Source of the DNA: a virus
Lineage: Monodnaviria; Loebvirae; Hofneiviricota; Faserviricetes; Tubulavirales
IMG/VR virus record: IMGVR_UViG_2675903650_000002
Location: 1 to 11,073 of that record
Strand: one strand, 5' to 3'
Length of the DNA stretch: 11,073 nucleotides
Position 1 is the stretch's first letter. Each line of letters starts with the position of its first letter. A program made the position numbers and the translations under genes. Below the pieces are notes generated by a model that did no database searches, was not told where the DNA came from, and saw only the letters and a program-made list of their open reading frames with translations. Of the stretch, positions 1-11,073 are shown in pieces.

Positions 1-3492
<3,492 letters not shown>

Positions 3493-3493
3493 T

Positions 3494-4036
<543 letters not shown>

Positions 4037-4043
4037 TTTTATG

Positions 4044-4069
4044 AAGGGGCAATGTTTTGCCCCTTTTTT
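4044..4069 (+). terminator. Rho-independent terminator after the major coat gene
   Basis: Perfect stem ggggcaa / ttgcccc (4046-4052 and 4057-4063), loop tgtt, then TTTTTT (4064-4069). Same position as the terminator after gene VIII in Ff phages. Confidence 0.8.
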
Positions 4070-4079
4070 ATGGTGATAT

Positions 4080-4169
4080 ATGTCTCAGTCTATTTTTGAT
4101 GTCGTGATTTTTATTTTCGGTGCATTATGCGGTTTTTCTGCTGTGCTCGGATTTATGTTCAGTCGCTGA
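4080..4169 (+). CDS. Small hydrophobic peptide (29 aa), possible pVII/pIX-like minor coat protein
   Basis: ATG at 4080; translation MSQSIFDVVIFIFGALCGFSAVLGFMFSR is a single transmembrane-like helix. Absent from the ORF track (too short); weak RBS. Speculative. Confidence 0.25.
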   Translation: MSQSIFDVVIFIFGALCGFSAVLGFMFSR

Positions 4170-5705
<1,536 letters not shown>

Positions 5706-5716
5706 CCGGGCAATAA

Positions 5717-8602
<2,886 letters not shown>

Positions 8603-9327
8603 GTCGTCCATGCTATGATGTGGCATGTTGATGATTTTTCTGTGACCCCAACACGCCGGGAGGGAGTAGGACGGAGGAACGCCAGCCGCACCCGCCCGCA
8701 GGTACGAGGACGGGAGCGCCTGCCGTGACGACGGACGACGGCTCACAATGATAATGATTCACCGTCTGCTGTTATGCGCTGATTAGAAAATAACCGTGAA
8801 GCGGTTCTGGGTTCTGTAACACCCGAACTCTGGTACAAGATCCTGCACTTTTGCTCTTCCCATTTTTCAAATTTAGTCATTAAAACCCATACTTTTATTG
8901 GTTTTTTATTGTTTTTGTCTTCATTAGGGATATTTTGTAGTGGTTGATATTGCTGTATTAAATCATGATTAATCGTTACGGAAAGAATGTCAGTATGATA
9001 GCCGGCAAAGATATTCCACTGCGCGGATGATGACACATCTCACTGCCGTTTCAGAACCGGTAACAGATTATTAATTTGTCTGGTATAACGTTCAGTGAAT
9101 AGGTGTTGTCCTTTCTTGCTTAAATGAACACCGGATTGTACAGGTATCATTGCTGATATATACAGTTTCCTGAGATCTGGAACTGATATTCCAGCGCCAG
9201 GAATATGGAGAATACTTCAGGTGAAAAAGACACATCTGAATATCGTTAAATAACGGGTTCATGGCGAATTAAATAAACCTGATAAAGACAGTATGGTGAA
9301 AGCTCGGAATAAAGAAATAGTCAGGTA

Positions 9328-11073
<1,746 letters not shown>

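Noticed and set aside
8745-8765. Possible XerCD dif-like site (acaatgataatgattcac) as prophage attachment site
   Set aside because: Poor match to the dif consensus arms as I recall them (GGTGCGCATAA ... TTATGTTAAAT), and an IS110-type recombinase is present instead of reliance on XerCD. Not supported.

Overview
This window is dominated by an integrated filamentous phage (Inoviridae-like) module of about 8.4 kb, with all genes on the + strand, tight packing and a T-rich coding strand. It opens with an IS110-family DEDD/serine recombinase (1-954), followed by a large rolling-circle replication initiator (1083-3059), two small proteins, a pVIII-like major coat protein with a rho-independent terminator after it, a pIII-like adsorption protein carrying a 7x 18-bp Gly/Thr repeat, a pVI-like protein, a Zot/pI-type assembly ATPase and a pIV secretin (7146-8417). 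Composition changes sharply just after the secretin stop: a GC-rich, hairpin-rich block (about 8420-8760) is followed by an AT-rich block (8760-9327). The window ends with a convergent minus-strand gene (9328-11073) encoding a NERD (PD-(D/E)xK) nuclease domain fused to a UvrD-like SF1 helicase, a candidate single-gene anti-phage defence protein. The two most interesting points are that the recombinase looks phage-borne, implying a possibly bridge-RNA-guided integrative inovirus, and the nuclease-helicase gene next to it. All calls are from reading the sequence and recalled family motifs; no searches were run. The left prophage boundary and any upstream recombinase-associated non-coding RNA lie outside the window.
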